A stretch of DNA of 64,000 bases from Blastocatellia bacterium (GTDB taxonomy: Bacteria; Acidobacteriota; Blastocatellia; UBA7656), in assembly GCA_963765495.1 (NCBI GenBank), contig CAVXWP010000008.1:256001-320000 (forward strand), written 5' to 3'. This document shows, one piece after another, positions 1 through 10,352 of the stretch. The stretch's first letter is position 1. Each line of letters opens with the position of its first letter. The notes below the pieces were generated by a model. That model did no database searches. It was not told the origin of the DNA and was given only the letters and a program-made list of their open reading frames with translations. A program made the position numbers and the translations under genes.

Positions 1-937
1 CGGCTTCCGACTGGGCCTTATCGAGGAAGGTTATGCCGTGAGTCCCCGATTTGACACCGAATACAATCGTGTCGCCGGGCTTTATCGGAATTGTACTGTT
101 GTTATCGAGAGGCGTTCCGTTCAACTCCCACTTGACCTGCCCGCTCACTACGGCTCCGTCTATCTGTAGTGTTGCGCCCCCGTCATCAAGCTGGAATACA
201 CCGGCCATGTTCTGCTTGTGAACCGTGCACTCGAAGTTAACGGATGTCAGTCCGGCAGGAAGATTCGATTTCACAAACAGCGTGGCCAGTGTTGTGCCCG
301 CAGGGTTGCCGTCCGTACCCCACGCATTCGGACCTATAGATGGCTGATCCTTGAAGGGCTGGCCCGGTGTTGAAAAATCAAAGACCTTCATCGCGTCGGC
401 TTTGTTGAGGAATGTGATGCCGTGAGTCCCCGACTGCACCGCGAAGGTTATCTTATCCCCCGGCTTGATCGTGATCTTGCTGTTGTTTGGAAGAGCCGTC
501 CCGTTCAATACCCAGTTGAGTTGACCGTTGGCGGCTGCGCCGTCAATCTGGAGCGCCTGTTCCGCTTCGCCTATTTGGAATACCCCGGCCATGTTCTGCT
601 TGTGGACGGTGCATTCGAAATTGAGCGATGTCAGACTGGCAGGGATGTCGCTCCGAACCTTCAGTGTCGCAAGCGTAGTGCCCGCCGGATTTCCTGCTGT
701 TCCCCAGGCGTTCGGACCTATCGTGGGTTGCGCCACAAAGGGCTGGCCCGGTGTTGAGAAATCAAAGACCTTCTCGGCATCTGCTTTGTTGAGGAATGTG
801 ATGCCGTGAGTCCCCGATTGCACCGCAAAGGTTATCGTATCGCCCGGTTGAATCTTGATCGTGCTGTTGTTTGATAAGGTAGTCCCATTCAGCACCCAGT
901 TGACCGAACCGTTTGCCGCCGCCCCGTCAATCTGTAA
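1..937 (-). repeat. Tandem 384-bp (128-aa) intragenic repeat, about 2.4 copies visible (937-554, 553-170, 169-<1)
   Basis: ATGCCGTGAGTCCCC occurs at 33, 417 and 801; CCGGCCATGTTCTGCTTGTG at 201 and 585. The period is exactly 384 bp. Confidence 0.95.
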
Positions 938-1282
938 AGTATTCCCGGTCGGAGTCGTGCCCCCGCCCGTCTGAACTGGCGGCTTGGCCGGGGAATAGAA
1001 GGCAAGCGATGCCACGTCGTCCTGTACTATTGTGACAAATTCGCGGAACTTGCTTCCGTCCGGAAGCTTTACCGTGGCCGATGCCCGCGAGTTCTCATCC
1101 GTCTGCCAGGTTGAACCGACCGGCTCGACTATCAACGATCCGATCAGCCCGAACGGGTGCTGCATCAACGGGTCCGAAGGCGTCAGGTTTACCGAGCCAA
1201 ACTCGACCGGCACATAACGGGTTCCGCCTGTCTCGCCGTCTGTCTCTACTTTTCCGGCAAACCACGTGTAGGTTTTTTGCTG
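1..1282 (-). CDS. C-terminal continuation (shifted frame) of the large multicopper oxidase, with tandem cupredoxin domains; runs off the window end
   Basis: Manual translation from 1282 reads QQKTYTWFAGKVET...VEFGSVNLTPSDPLMQHPFGLIGSLIVEPVGSTW...FREFVTIVQDD, then repeats LQIDGAAANG...HGITF...FECTVHKQNMAG. No stop was found down to base 1. It is absent from the ORF track. Confidence 0.85.
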
Positions 1283-4200
1283 ACCCGGGCTTTGCCGTGT
1301 TGGATGGATTCAGCCCTGCGTTTACTCCATTGCTTTCGGTAATGTCGAATCCAACGAGAGTTGGATGCAGTCCGACTTCGTGTGATGTGTTAAGCGTGAT
1401 TCCACAAGAGACGCCCAAGGTGGTCGAGTTTGTCTGATAGATCGTGTACTGCTGCCCCGTGCTGTTGACCGTTATAGTCCAGCCCTGATTGTTTGGGCTC
1501 TTGGCGACCTGGGTGAGTCCGGGGTTATCGGGCAGCTTGAACCCGTAGGGATTCTGGTTAAACAATTCCTGGAACCCGGCATAGTATGTGTTCTGGTTGA
1601 AGAAGAAGACCATCTCTTGAATATTCGAGGCCCTATCGGTAACCGTGACCGGAACGGTGAAGGGAACCGTGAGGTTTGAGCCGCCGTTGAGTGATGTTTG
1701 GTCACTTGGCAATTCATTTCTCAACGTGACAACCATACAATCGCCTGCGTTGGCTCGAAGTATAAGCGGCTCAACCGGAACATCGGCCTTTAGCTTGCCC
1801 TGTCCGTCAAGGTCGGAGCTTTGAACGTAGAGCAATGCGTTTGTGTCTACAATTTGATTCTGCCCCGGTGTGCCGGGTCGCCCTCGCCTGTTGTAAAAGA
1901 GAGGCCCGCCAAGCGCCTGCTGCGCGGTAGTAGCCGTGACATCAAATGACCGTACGGGCGCGCCGTTCGGACAGCCTGCGTTGGGCGTTGTGTGCGAAGC
2001 GAAATTCTTATTATTCGGCAACGGCAGGAGGTCGGCCTGCGATGTCTTGTAACTTCGCATCAGCCCCCAGTTGCCGTTTTGCAATCCTGTAGCATCCGAG
2101 CTTGGAATATAAAGGTAATCCGCCTGCTCGGTCGTCGCGCTCGTACGAGGCAGCGTGAAGTGCATCTCATAGTGTTCGGAGATGCCCATGCCCTGCGTGC
2201 TACGATATCCGGAGTCCCCGTAGGCAGGCTCGAACAGCCAGTTTACTCCGTGTATGGTGAAGAAGTGCGCTGACATGTGAGCGCCTACCAGGACGCGTAT
2301 CTGCACCCTGTCCCCTTCATAGGCTCTGAGCAACGGAGTGTAAGGGTCAGTTGCGAGCATCCCCCCGCCAATCGGGGACTTCGGATACGTGAAACAGGCG
2401 GTCACCGCCGGGTTGCATGCCGGATTGATGACTCCACCTGTGTCAGGTTGGCGGTTTAAATCGGGATCGGTTCGCGTAATCGAGTTGAACACATAGGAAA
2501 GGTCGGTCTGCGCAGGAACCGAGTACTCGCCGCTCTTTGGAGGCGAGAGCCTGTAAGGTAACGGTTCGTTTCTATAGCTGACCGAAAACGACCCGGTGCT
2601 AAACTGATTTGTGATCAGATGTGGATAAGGAGGGCCGCCCGGATCGCTTGAGCCGCCGTTTATCGGAGGATTGATGGCATTGTTCGGATCGCTCCAGCCA
2701 AAGGGACCGCCGGGGCTCTTCTTGGGAAGATTCGGACCGTAAGGTACGTAAGGCACCAGCGTGGTTATGCTCGTGTTCAGATAGGCAAGTTGCCTGTCCT
2801 GAAACTCTAGCATGAATTCGCGATATGTCTTTGACGGCTCATCCTTGTTGATGATGATGGCCTGCCAGCTTGTAGGGCCGCCATCGAATCGAGTGCCAAA
2901 GAAAGCGCCCGTTTCAGGGTCTTGCCATTGCGATCCTTTCGGCTCAACCAGAAGCCCCGCATACAGACCTATCTGCTGGTGAGTGGAAGGGCTGAAATGA
3001 TCGTGGGTGAAGACAGTGGTTATCGTGCGGTCATGTCCTTCGTTATCGAGAAGGGGATCGGAGTACCATCGCTGTACTGTAGCCTGTGCACCAACCCAGG
3101 CGTTGTTTGGGCCGTTGCCGAAGAATGGAATATTCTTGGGATGAAGTTGTCTTTGAGTTCCAGACTTGAGCATCGAGTCGGCATAGATGCCGCCCGCTTT
3201 GTTTATCGCTTCGATCTGTTCACGAACTTCATCCGGGCTGAAGGTTCCGTCTTCGTAATTAAAGCCGTTTGCGGCACCGTCCGAACTCGTGACATCGAAC
3301 TTCACAAGATGGATGTGTTGACCCAGCACGTCGGTCGGGGTTCGAACCTGGAAATCATCCAACTCATAATAATTCGGCACGAGGTTGGCCAGCCAGTATT
3401 CGATGACCTGCCCGCTGTTGGAACGGAAAAAGAGCGGCTCCGGCGCGCGCTTCCCGCTCAAGGTGTCGTTGACATCGCCCCAGAGCGAAATGATTCGAGC
3501 CTGAGGATAATGCCATCCCTTCTTGTTTAGCACGAGATCGAGTTGAATATCGGCCGCTTTATATTGAATCGGTTTCTCAAGGACCGGAGAGCCGTCGAGT
3601 TTGATGCCCGGGTCTGCATAGGGCGCGCCGGGTTGTCGGGGGCGACCGTTTAGGATGAAATCCTTTGGAGCGCCGCCGGGTGTGAAACTGGGATGGTTTC
3701 GAATCGAATGCGTGGTCATCGCTACATCTTCAACAGGCGTCCCGTCCTCGGGCAACTCAAATGCCGTCAGCGTGTCGTTCAGCTTGGTGAAGTCCCAGCG
3801 GTTGTGCTGCTCGTATATCTTCGGATCATACAAACCGACGTATCTCGGCAAGCCACCATCGAGCAATTGCGGCTTTCCGTCAGGCCCGAGTCGGGGTTGC
3901 CCGTTGTCATCCAGATCGGGAGCGTAATCCAGAGGAGGATGAGGAACGCGCTGCCCGGCTATGCCGGGGATAAAGAAGGGGTAGCCCGGATTTCTGCCTG
4001 CGGCAAGGTCCTGCGGGTTTACTTCGGACTTATAGCCCACAACCGTATTAACAGATTGACCGCTTGCATTCTTGACGGTCGCGTTGACCGGGACTACCTC
4101 AACTCTGGCGGGCATCGGAGCCATCGCGTAAATCGGCATCGGAACCAGCCCCGGAATCGGGACGCCGGTCGTTATCTCTCCGTCGGGCAGCGCGCGGTTC

Positions 4201-6227
4201 CATCCGGGCTTTGGCTTGCCGGTATTGTCAAGCTCGGTCCCTATCTCAAATGTGTCGTGCACGCGCCACAGGGCCCACATCCCCTGCGCAAAGTGCGGGT
4301 AGAAGTGACAGTGGAATATGGAATCGCCGACCGTCTGATTGAGGTTCCCGCTCCCGCGATAGACGTGCTCCATCGTATAGGCGATGCCGGGCGAGATCAT
4401 CTGGCTGTCGCGATAATGACTTTGATCGCTGTTTGGAGTGTGCAGCCACTGGTGCGCGTGAAGGTGATGGACGTGTGTGATATTTTGTCCGGCGTGGAGG
4501 ACTCGGAATTTCACATGGTCGCCCATATAGCTGTGATAAACATTTGAGGGATCATCGGGATAAAAAGCCTTTGTCGCCTTTGGTCCCGGTTTGATCTGAT
4601 TTGTTGACGGATCAACCGCGTTTGCGGGAATGTCTACGATCATCGAAGGGTCGCCGTTTGGCCACGAACTCAGGAAGAACTCTTCAAATCTACAAGTCGC
4701 GCACTGATACTCCGGGCCTACTTTGGTCCTGTTTGCCCAGATCGGCGGGCCGATTGCCGCCATGCCGTAGTTGATCGCGAAGAAATCACGCCCGGCCTGT
4801 AAGGTGTAGGCCATGTCGCCCGATGTGAACTGAGGAAATGCCTGCGTGGCGACGAAGTCGTCGTGATAATGGATGGCGAATTCTCTGTACGGATGTCTGC
4901 GGTCAGGGTAGGGCGGGTTCTGATCGAAGGTCGGCGCATCGCCTATAAAAAGCCCCGCATCCGTGCCCGTGATAATCGCCGTCAGATCCGAGTGATAAGT
5001 TATGTCGGCTGCCGGGTCTATAACCTTCTCACAGCCCGTTTGCGTGGTTTTGTATGCGGAGTCAACCATCTTCAAAATCGGGACGCACCGGCGATTCTGG
5101 TTTGTGTCGTTGCTGGGGTAAACCGCGCCGTAGTTTACTAATGGCTGTCCGCCGGGCGATTTCAAATATCCTCTTTGAGTAGGGGGAACGGGATTGCCGC
5201 CTTCGTCTGCAATGATGACCTGCCCGTCCTGAAGATTATGCTGGTTCCCGACAGGGTTTGTGATCTTTATTTCCCAGACGGGGAAGGTCTTTCCCTCAAG
5301 CGTGACGGTTTTTTGAGTGCCGTTCTCCATAAAGGGCGCAAGGCTCATGTTTGGAGGCAGGCTGGTGGAAATGTATGTGGCCTGCATCAGATCATCGTGT
5401 GTTACCTGACTCCGGTAAAACTCCGCGTCCTGCGGCTGAACCGTCACATTCCCGAAGAGGCCCTGCGAAAGCTGACCACCAAAATCGAGCCGCAGACCTA
5501 CATCGGCGGCCGTGCTGTAAAGGAGGAATGAGCCTTCGGCGGCGGCGTAAAGCGTATAGGTGATGGTATCGCCGGGAGCCACGAGGCCGCTCTTTCTCGA
5601 CGCCGTTCCGAATACGTCGTTTCTGCCTACCCAGGAGCCATCGGCGCTGATGCCTTCAATAGGAGTTCCGTCTGCGGCGGCGGCCTTGACGAGATTCATG
5701 CCTTCGACGTGGACCCCCGCATAACGTGTTGCGGGCTGCTCCGTGTCGGTTCCAAATGTCTGTTGGTTTGGAGGGTTCCCGTCGTTTGCGTTTACCATCG
5801 CGTTTTCGTTTGGTCTGTAGGCATTCGCAAGAGTGCTTTTAACCGGGAATCGCTTTGGGTCGAAGACACGCGGAACACTGCCGAGAAGGTTCTGAAATTT
5901 GATTTCCAGACAGTCATTCACCCTCACGCGCAATACAATCGGTCGAGGTCGCTTATCGGGTCTGAGCATCACTTTGCCTGGAGTCAGATTCCGGGTCGAA
6001 GGGTCATTTGAGACTACGTCGCGCCGAAGGGCAAACATCATTCCTCCGGCCTGAATTGCGCCCAGGCGGTTGATATAAAAAGCCTGATCTATGGCTACTA
6101 CGTCTGCCCTGGTCGTATGCTTGCATTCAGGCTGTTGCGCCCTTGCCGGACCGGAAACCCCGATCAATACCAGCGTAGCGAATACTCCAGGCAAGATGCG
6201 TGAAAACCTTCGTTTTCGCTCCATCAT
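1095..6227 (-). CDS. Large secreted multicopper oxidase, MnxG/manganese-oxidase-like (frameshifted near 1273-1289; the last ~60 aa of the ORF-track protein are out of frame)
   Basis: Signal peptide; Cu-binding motifs HVHHLHAHQW, FHCHFYPHFAQGM, QHIHLVKFD, FTHDHFSPSTHQQ, HMSAHFFTIHG; RBS AAGGAGG before the ATG at 6227. Confidence 0.85.
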   Translation of the reverse strand: MMERKRRFSRILPGVFATLVLIGVSGPARAQQPECKHTTRADVVAIDQAFYINRLGAIQAGGMMFALRRDVVSNDPSTRNLTPGKVMLRPDKRPRPIVLRVRVNDCLEIKFQNLLGSVPRVFDPKRFPVKSTLANAYRPNENAMVNANDGNPPNQQTFGTDTEQPATRYAGVHVEGMNLVKAAAADGTPIEGISADGSWVGRNDVFGTASRKSGLVAPGDTITYTLYAAAEGSFLLYSTAADVGLRLDFGGQLSQGLFGNVTVQPQDAEFYRSQVTHDDLMQATYISTSLPPNMSLAPFMENGTQKTVTLEGKTFPVWEIKITNPVGNQHNLQDGQVIIADEGGNPVPPTQRGYLKSPGGQPLVNYGAVYPSNDTNQNRRCVPILKMVDSAYKTTQTGCEKVIDPAADITYHSDLTAIITGTDAGLFIGDAPTFDQNPPYPDRRHPYREFAIHYHDDFVATQAFPQFTSGDMAYTLQAGRDFFAINYGMAAIGPPIWANRTKVGPEYQCATCRFEEFFLSSWPNGDPSMIVDIPANAVDPSTNQIKPGPKATKAFYPDDPSNVYHSYMGDHVKFRVLHAGQNITHVHHLHAHQWLHTPNSDQSHYRDSQMISPGIAYTMEHVYRGSGNLNQTVGDSIFHCHFYPHFAQGMWALWRVHDTFEIGTELDNTGKPKPGWNRALPDGEITTGVPIPGLVPMPIYAMAPMPARVEVVPVNATVKNASGQSVNTVVGYKSEVNPQDLAAGRNPGYPFFIPGIAGQRVPHPPLDYAPDLDDNGQPRLGPDGKPQLLDGGLPRYVGLYDPKIYEQHNRWDFTKLNDTLTAFELPEDGTPVEDVAMTTHSIRNHPSFTPGGAPKDFILNGRPRQPGAPYADPGIKLDGSPVLEKPIQYKAADIQLDLVLNKKGWHYPQARIISLWGDVNDTLSGKRAPEPLFFRSNSGQVIEYWLANLVPNYYELDDFQVRTPTDVLGQHIHLVKFDVTSSDGAANGFNYEDGTFSPDEVREQIEAINKAGGIYADSMLKSGTQRQLHPKNIPFFGNGPNNAWVGAQATVQRWYSDPLLDNEGHDRTITTVFTHDHFSPSTHQQIGLYAGLLVEPKGSQWQDPETGAFFGTRFDGGPTSWQAIIINKDEPSKTYREFMLEFQDRQLAYLNTSITTLVPYVPYGPNLPKKSPGGPFGWSDPNNAINPPINGGSSDPGGPPYPHLITNQFSTGSFSVSYRNEPLPYRLSPPKSGEYSVPAQTDLSYVFNSITRTDPDLNRQPDTGGVINPACNPAVTACFTYPKSPIGGGMLATDPYTPLLRAYEGDRVQIRVLVGAHMSAHFFTIHGVNWLFEPAYGDSGYRSTQGMGISEHYEMHFTLPRTSATTEQADYLYIPSSDATGLQNGNWGLMRSYKTSQADLLPLPNNKNFASHTTPNAGCPNGAPVRSFDVTATTAQQALGGPLFYNRRGRPGTPGQNQIVDTNALLYVQSSDLDGQGKLKADVPVEPLILRANAGDCMVVTLRNELPSDQTSLNGGSNLTVPFTVPVTVTDRASNIQEMVFFFNQNTYYAGFQELFNQNPYGFKLPDNPGLTQVAKSPNNQGWTITVNSTGQQYTIYQTNSTTLGVSCGITLNTSHEVGLHPTLVGFDITESNGVNAGLNPSNTAKPGSAKNLHVVCRKSRDRRRDRRNPLCAGRVWLGKPDAFGPVDAAPVRADRIVDSRAGRFNLADG

Positions 6228-6461
6228 CAGATCCTCCTTGCAGTCTATCGGGCGGGTAAACATTTGACCCTCTCACTCTGCAATTCTGCATTTATTCCCG
6301 GTAAATTTTTTGCCGTCCCGGCTCAAGGGGTTGCCTTACCCTCAATCGAGCCTTCGGTCATCGGTCACACTAATGGCCTGAGAGAATGTCCTCACTTACA
6401 TGACGATTCAGGATGCGATTTGTGAAAATTCTGTCAGCAGGAAAAGCCAAAGCGGGGCGGG

Positions 6462-7217
6462 CTATTGCCATTTGCCTTTAATCAGGCTTTCAAACAGGCA
6501 ACAATGTTGCATCTCGCCGTTTATCGGGGGGAGGATTCGCGCCTCCGGGAAAAGGGATTTTATGTGGTCCGCTGTGTAAAAGACATCAAGGTAGTATTGA
6601 TCACGCGGCTGATAATGCCTGATTTCCTCCCCTTCGAGATACAGGTCCCGATGATTGACAAGAGAGCAAAAACTTGCGCCCCTGGCCCGTTCAAGCAATG
6701 ACTCTACATCGAGACCTGGATATTCCTCTTTTGATCTGTCCAGGCGCCATTTCAAATTGTTTCCGTCGTAGCGACCCGGCCATGTTTCGTAATGCGGGTC
6801 AATGAATGTAAAGGCGAGCAAGCCACCTCTTTCAAGCATCCCTCTTAAATGCTCGACCAATTCGATCATTTCAGTCTCTCCGGTGTGCGTAAAGACCGAA
6901 TAGGAAAGGATGAAATCAAACTTTTGCCCCGTTTCAGGTATGGGTAACCCCTCGATGCCGGTGGGGTTGAACGCGAAATTGTATCGGTTGTAAAAGGACC
7001 AGTGAGCTTCGGGAAAGGCTCTTTCCCCCATCTCAATCGCATCTCTTGAAACATCGAGACACCAGTAAAGATGTTGATCGATAGTCGAGTCAGGGTCCTT
7101 CAATATGTTTCCGACGTTGCCCCCGAAATCCAAAACCTTTTTGCCTCCCCAGACGGGCCGTCCGAGTTGCAGATTAAAATAAGTGAATTGATTATACTTC
7201 CTCGAGATGAATGACAC
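6462..7217 (-). CDS. Class I SAM-dependent methyltransferase
   Basis: VLDFGGNVG motif I; FDFILSYSVFTH; L.RGG.L motif. Confidence 0.8.
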   Translation of the reverse strand: MSFISRKYNQFTYFNLQLGRPVWGGKKVLDFGGNVGNILKDPDSTIDQHLYWCLDVSRDAIEMGERAFPEAHWSFYNRYNFAFNPTGIEGLPIPETGQKFDFILSYSVFTHTGETEMIELVEHLRGMLERGGLLAFTFIDPHYETWPGRYDGNNLKWRLDRSKEEYPGLDVESLLERARGASFCSLVNHRDLYLEGEEIRHYQPRDQYYLDVFYTADHIKSLFPEARILPPINGEMQHCCLFESLIKGKWQ

Positions 7218-8217
7218 TTGAATTTCCTCTATAGACCTTTCCGGTTAATGGGCTCGCCAGTTCCCGCTCGTATTCTCGAATATAATCGGCAGCCATCCTC
7301 AGGTAATGGTAGTCACGCATTGCCTTTTCGCGGCACGCTTTCGGGGATATGCTCGAAATACTTTCAAGGGCCTTCAGGTAATCGGCACGGTCGCTGCAAA
7401 CGAACCCCACGTCGGGAGAGATAATTTCGGGGCACGCGCCCCGGTCGCTACAGATGACCGGAGTTCCCGAAATCAACGCCTCGACCATAACAAGCCCGAA
7501 TGCTTCGGCCAGCTTGCTCGGGAAAAGAAAAGCAGCTGCGCCCGCAAGCAACTCTGCCTTTTGCCTGCCCTGAACATCTCCAACATATCTTGCCCCGCTC
7601 TGCTCGCACATCTCGGCTATTTTATGGATGACCTCATAGCTTCCTGCGGTCCCGGCTACGACAAGCGGCAGTCCCGACTCTTTAGAAAGAGAGAGAGCCG
7701 TGTCCAACCCTTTATCGAGAGCCCAGTCCATGCTCGACATGAAGAGAAGGTAATCATCTTTCGTTTCGGAGTAGATGTACTGCTCGGGGTCGATTCCATT
7801 CAGGACATACCTCTCGCGTCCGAGAGACTCGGCCATGGTCTTTGAGACGAAAATCCAGTTTTCAGTAGTCTCGGCAGGCGCCCGCCCGCGAACCCTGAGA
7901 TCCATGTGACAGGTCGTTACCCAGGGTTTCCCGATAGATTCCATATATTCGACAATGTATTCGTCCCTGTAGGCTATGTTGTGAAAAATGTCTATCTCAG
8001 CCAGCGGGGCTGAAACAAGCCGAGCCCCTTTCGGAAGCGGCTTTGTCGCGCCTTCGGGCAAGAGGTAAAACACATCGTGCCCGAGTTCGGCCAGCCCCTT
8101 TACGATCAGGTCCTGAATGCGATGGCCTGACCCGGAAGGGAAGAGCTTTGGATGAGGGCCGCTTCCAACCTCTCCTGAGGCCGGAAACTGATGATTCGAT
8201 GACAGCAAGACTCGCAT
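7192..8217 (-). CDS. Glycosyltransferase, family 4 (GT-B fold)
   Basis: EAFGLVMVEALISGTPVI motif; KGLD; NGID. Confidence 0.9.
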   Translation of the reverse strand: MRVLLSSNHQFPASGEVGSGPHPKLFPSGSGHRIQDLIVKGLAELGHDVFYLLPEGATKPLPKGARLVSAPLAEIDIFHNIAYRDEYIVEYMESIGKPWVTTCHMDLRVRGRAPAETTENWIFVSKTMAESLGRERYVLNGIDPEQYIYSETKDDYLLFMSSMDWALDKGLDTALSLSKESGLPLVVAGTAGSYEVIHKIAEMCEQSGARYVGDVQGRQKAELLAGAAAFLFPSKLAEAFGLVMVEALISGTPVICSDRGACPEIISPDVGFVCSDRADYLKALESISSISPKACREKAMRDYHYLRMAADYIREYERELASPLTGKVYRGNSSVIHLEEV

Positions 8218-8243
8218 GAGTTATTTCCTTCTGACCAATCTCT

Positions 8244-9032
8244 CTATCCGACCTTACCCCCGGTCAACCATCCGTCCTTAGAAAGCGAGGCGAGCCCCTC
8301 TTCTATATCCTCGGACGGAAGGTTTTCAAGGAGGTCGAGATGAGCGCACTCGGCGCTCCCTCGTGCTCTTACGACCGGAAAAGGCGGCTTACTCATAGTC
8401 GGTGTGACAAATCTGATGATGAATCCCGTGCGCCTGCTCCCCGAACGATTCGGATTCGACCCGTGTATTATGTTGAAATGGTGGAGCGACATCTCGCCTG
8501 CTTTCAGGCTTACGTCAACTGCTTCCGTTTCATTGATCTTCACTTTTACGTGCTGGCCCTGGCGCAACAAATTGTCCTCCGAGAGAATCTGCTCGTGCGG
8601 CAACATACGGTTGTGAGAACCCGGCACCACTCTTAAACAGCCGCTTTCCGGGGTGCTGTCGCTCAGGGCCACCCAGACTGATGTCGCATTTGATGCGCCG
8701 AGTCCCGCGTACGCGCTATCCTGATGCCAGGATGTGTAGGCCGTGCTATTTGGCGGTTTACTCAAGATAAGTGTTCCCCAGATTATCACCTCCGGCCCTA
8801 GAATCGAGGCTACCTTATCAATTATCCCGGGCTGCGTTGCCAGATCATAAGCCCATCGAAAGTAGAGATGAGACATCCTCAATGCCTGTTGGTTGGCCCC
8901 AGTTCGCGCCTCCACCTCCTCAAGAGCCGAGAGGTATCTTGAAACCTCGCTGCTTGAAAGCGCCGTCATCGGAAAGAGGACACCATCGCGATTGTATCGT
9001 TCCACCTGCTCACTTGACAGCCCATCTGACAT
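8244..9032 (-). CDS. PhyH-family Fe(II)/2-oxoglutarate dioxygenase
   Basis: WHQD (HxD), GCLRVVPGSH, IIHGS.PN.S..RR motifs. Confidence 0.9.
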   Translation of the reverse strand: MSDGLSSEQVERYNRDGVLFPMTALSSSEVSRYLSALEEVEARTGANQQALRMSHLYFRWAYDLATQPGIIDKVASILGPEVIIWGTLILSKPPNSTAYTSWHQDSAYAGLGASNATSVWVALSDSTPESGCLRVVPGSHNRMLPHEQILSEDNLLRQGQHVKVKINETEAVDVSLKAGEMSLHHFNIIHGSNPNRSGSRRTGFIIRFVTPTMSKPPFPVVRARGSAECAHLDLLENLPSEDIEEGLASLSKDGWLTGGKVG

Positions 9033-9104
9033 AGCCTACCCCCTCCCTATCTGGATTCGTCTCCTCGATACAATCACGTCTCTATATTTAACACGTTTCT
9101 ATAT

Positions 9105-10307
9105 TTAAGCCGACGGCACCTGCACAGCGGGTTGATTCAGACCGATTGTCGCTGAACCGGGCAACAACTCTTCCCACATGCTCATTACTTTTTCAATCTG
9201 AAACCGCTCTACGACTTCCACAGCGCGTTTTGATAACTCTTTTCGCCGAACGTCATCAGCCATCAGTTTCTCAAGGGTCCGCGCGAGCGCAGCTACATCG
9301 CCCGGCGGCACGAGCAGGCCGTCTACCCCGTTTCTTATTATCCGGCGGACGCCGCTCGAGCAATTAAAAGCCACCGGAGCAAGGCCGCAGGCCATCGCCT
9401 CACAAAGCGAGTTGGGAAACCCTTCGGTCTTCGAAGGCAACACAAAAATGTCGCCCCTTTGCAAGGCTTCGTAAGGGTGTGAAGTATGACCGCAGAACCG
9501 GACTCTTTTTTGAAGACCTACTCTGTCGCAAAGCGACTCAAGCTCATGCCGAAGGTGGCCGTCTCCCCAGATTTCGAGAGACCATTCAGGGTTTCGCTCC
9601 TGTATTTTAGCGAATGCCTTGATGAGCAAATCCAGCCCTTTCTCTTCCGAGAGCCGTCCCATGCCGATAATGATTCCCGCTCTTTTTTTTGCCTGACCAT
9701 TCAATGATTTCGCCGGTTTCAAGACGGGATTAGGTATTATCCGCAGGCGGTGACCGACGAAGGGAGAGAAGAAGCCGTGCGCCTCTTCTGTCAATGTGAC
9801 TACGAAGGCAGCCTCAGAATAAAGCCTGCGGCGCAACATCGCTCTTCCTTCGAACCCCATTGAATTCGCGCGGGGGTCGCTGTGTTCAGAGACTATCACG
9901 GGGATGTTTAGCCCCCTTGTTGCCATAAGCACTCTGACATTTGTGATGTCCATAAACGAGATGATCGCGCAAGGCTGAGTCTCAATGATTGCTTTACGAA
10001 GCAGCACGGCCAGATAAAAATCTCTCACAAAAACGGCGTGTTCGATAGGCGATAGATCACCGGCAAGTTCCCAGACTCTTTCAACCGATTCAGGCGAGGG
10101 GTTGAATCGAAGCGGCTGTTTCTGGATATTCAAATTTATATGCCGGATTTGCGGGGCTAGATCGTAGCAGGCGGAAGTGCGACGGTGAAACAGGGTCAGG
10201 ATAGTAATGCTCCAACCCCTGCCAGCCCAGTAATTGGCCATGTTGGTCGCCACCCGCTCCGCGCCTCCGCAACTAAGCGAAGAAATGACGAGCGTGATTC
10301 TCCTCAT
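9105..10307 (-). CDS. Glycosyltransferase family 4 (PglH/PglJ-like)
   Basis: GGAER N-terminal motif; GRLSEEKG; EGFPNSLCEAMACG. Confidence 0.9.
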   Translation of the reverse strand: MRRITLVISSLSCGGAERVATNMANYWAGRGWSITILTLFHRRTSACYDLAPQIRHINLNIQKQPLRFNPSPESVERVWELAGDLSPIEHAVFVRDFYLAVLLRKAIIETQPCAIISFMDITNVRVLMATRGLNIPVIVSEHSDPRANSMGFEGRAMLRRRLYSEAAFVVTLTEEAHGFFSPFVGHRLRIIPNPVLKPAKSLNGQAKKRAGIIIGMGRLSEEKGLDLLIKAFAKIQERNPEWSLEIWGDGHLRHELESLCDRVGLQKRVRFCGHTSHPYEALQRGDIFVLPSKTEGFPNSLCEAMACGLAPVAFNCSSGVRRIIRNGVDGLLVPPGDVAALARTLEKLMADDVRRKELSKRAVEVVERFQIEKVMSMWEELLPGSATIGLNQPAVQVPSA

Positions 10308-10352
10308 CTACCTTGCCTCGTTTCATGCTCGCCGAAAAACCGCAAACCGGGA

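Noticed and set aside
1272-1278. A_AAA_AAC slippery heptamer as a programmed -1 frameshift
   Set aside because: The downstream frame needs a +1 shift; -1 slippage leads to the wrong frame.
6290-6420. Riboswitch upstream of the oxidase (CTCTCAGG and CCGAAGG fragments, hairpin)
   Set aside because: The motifs are in the wrong order for a glycine aptamer and no full consensus is present; an Infernal/Rfam scan would be needed.
8244-9032. Possible SyrB2-like halogenase
   Set aside because: It retains HxD (WHQD). Halogenases replace the Asp with Ala or Gly.
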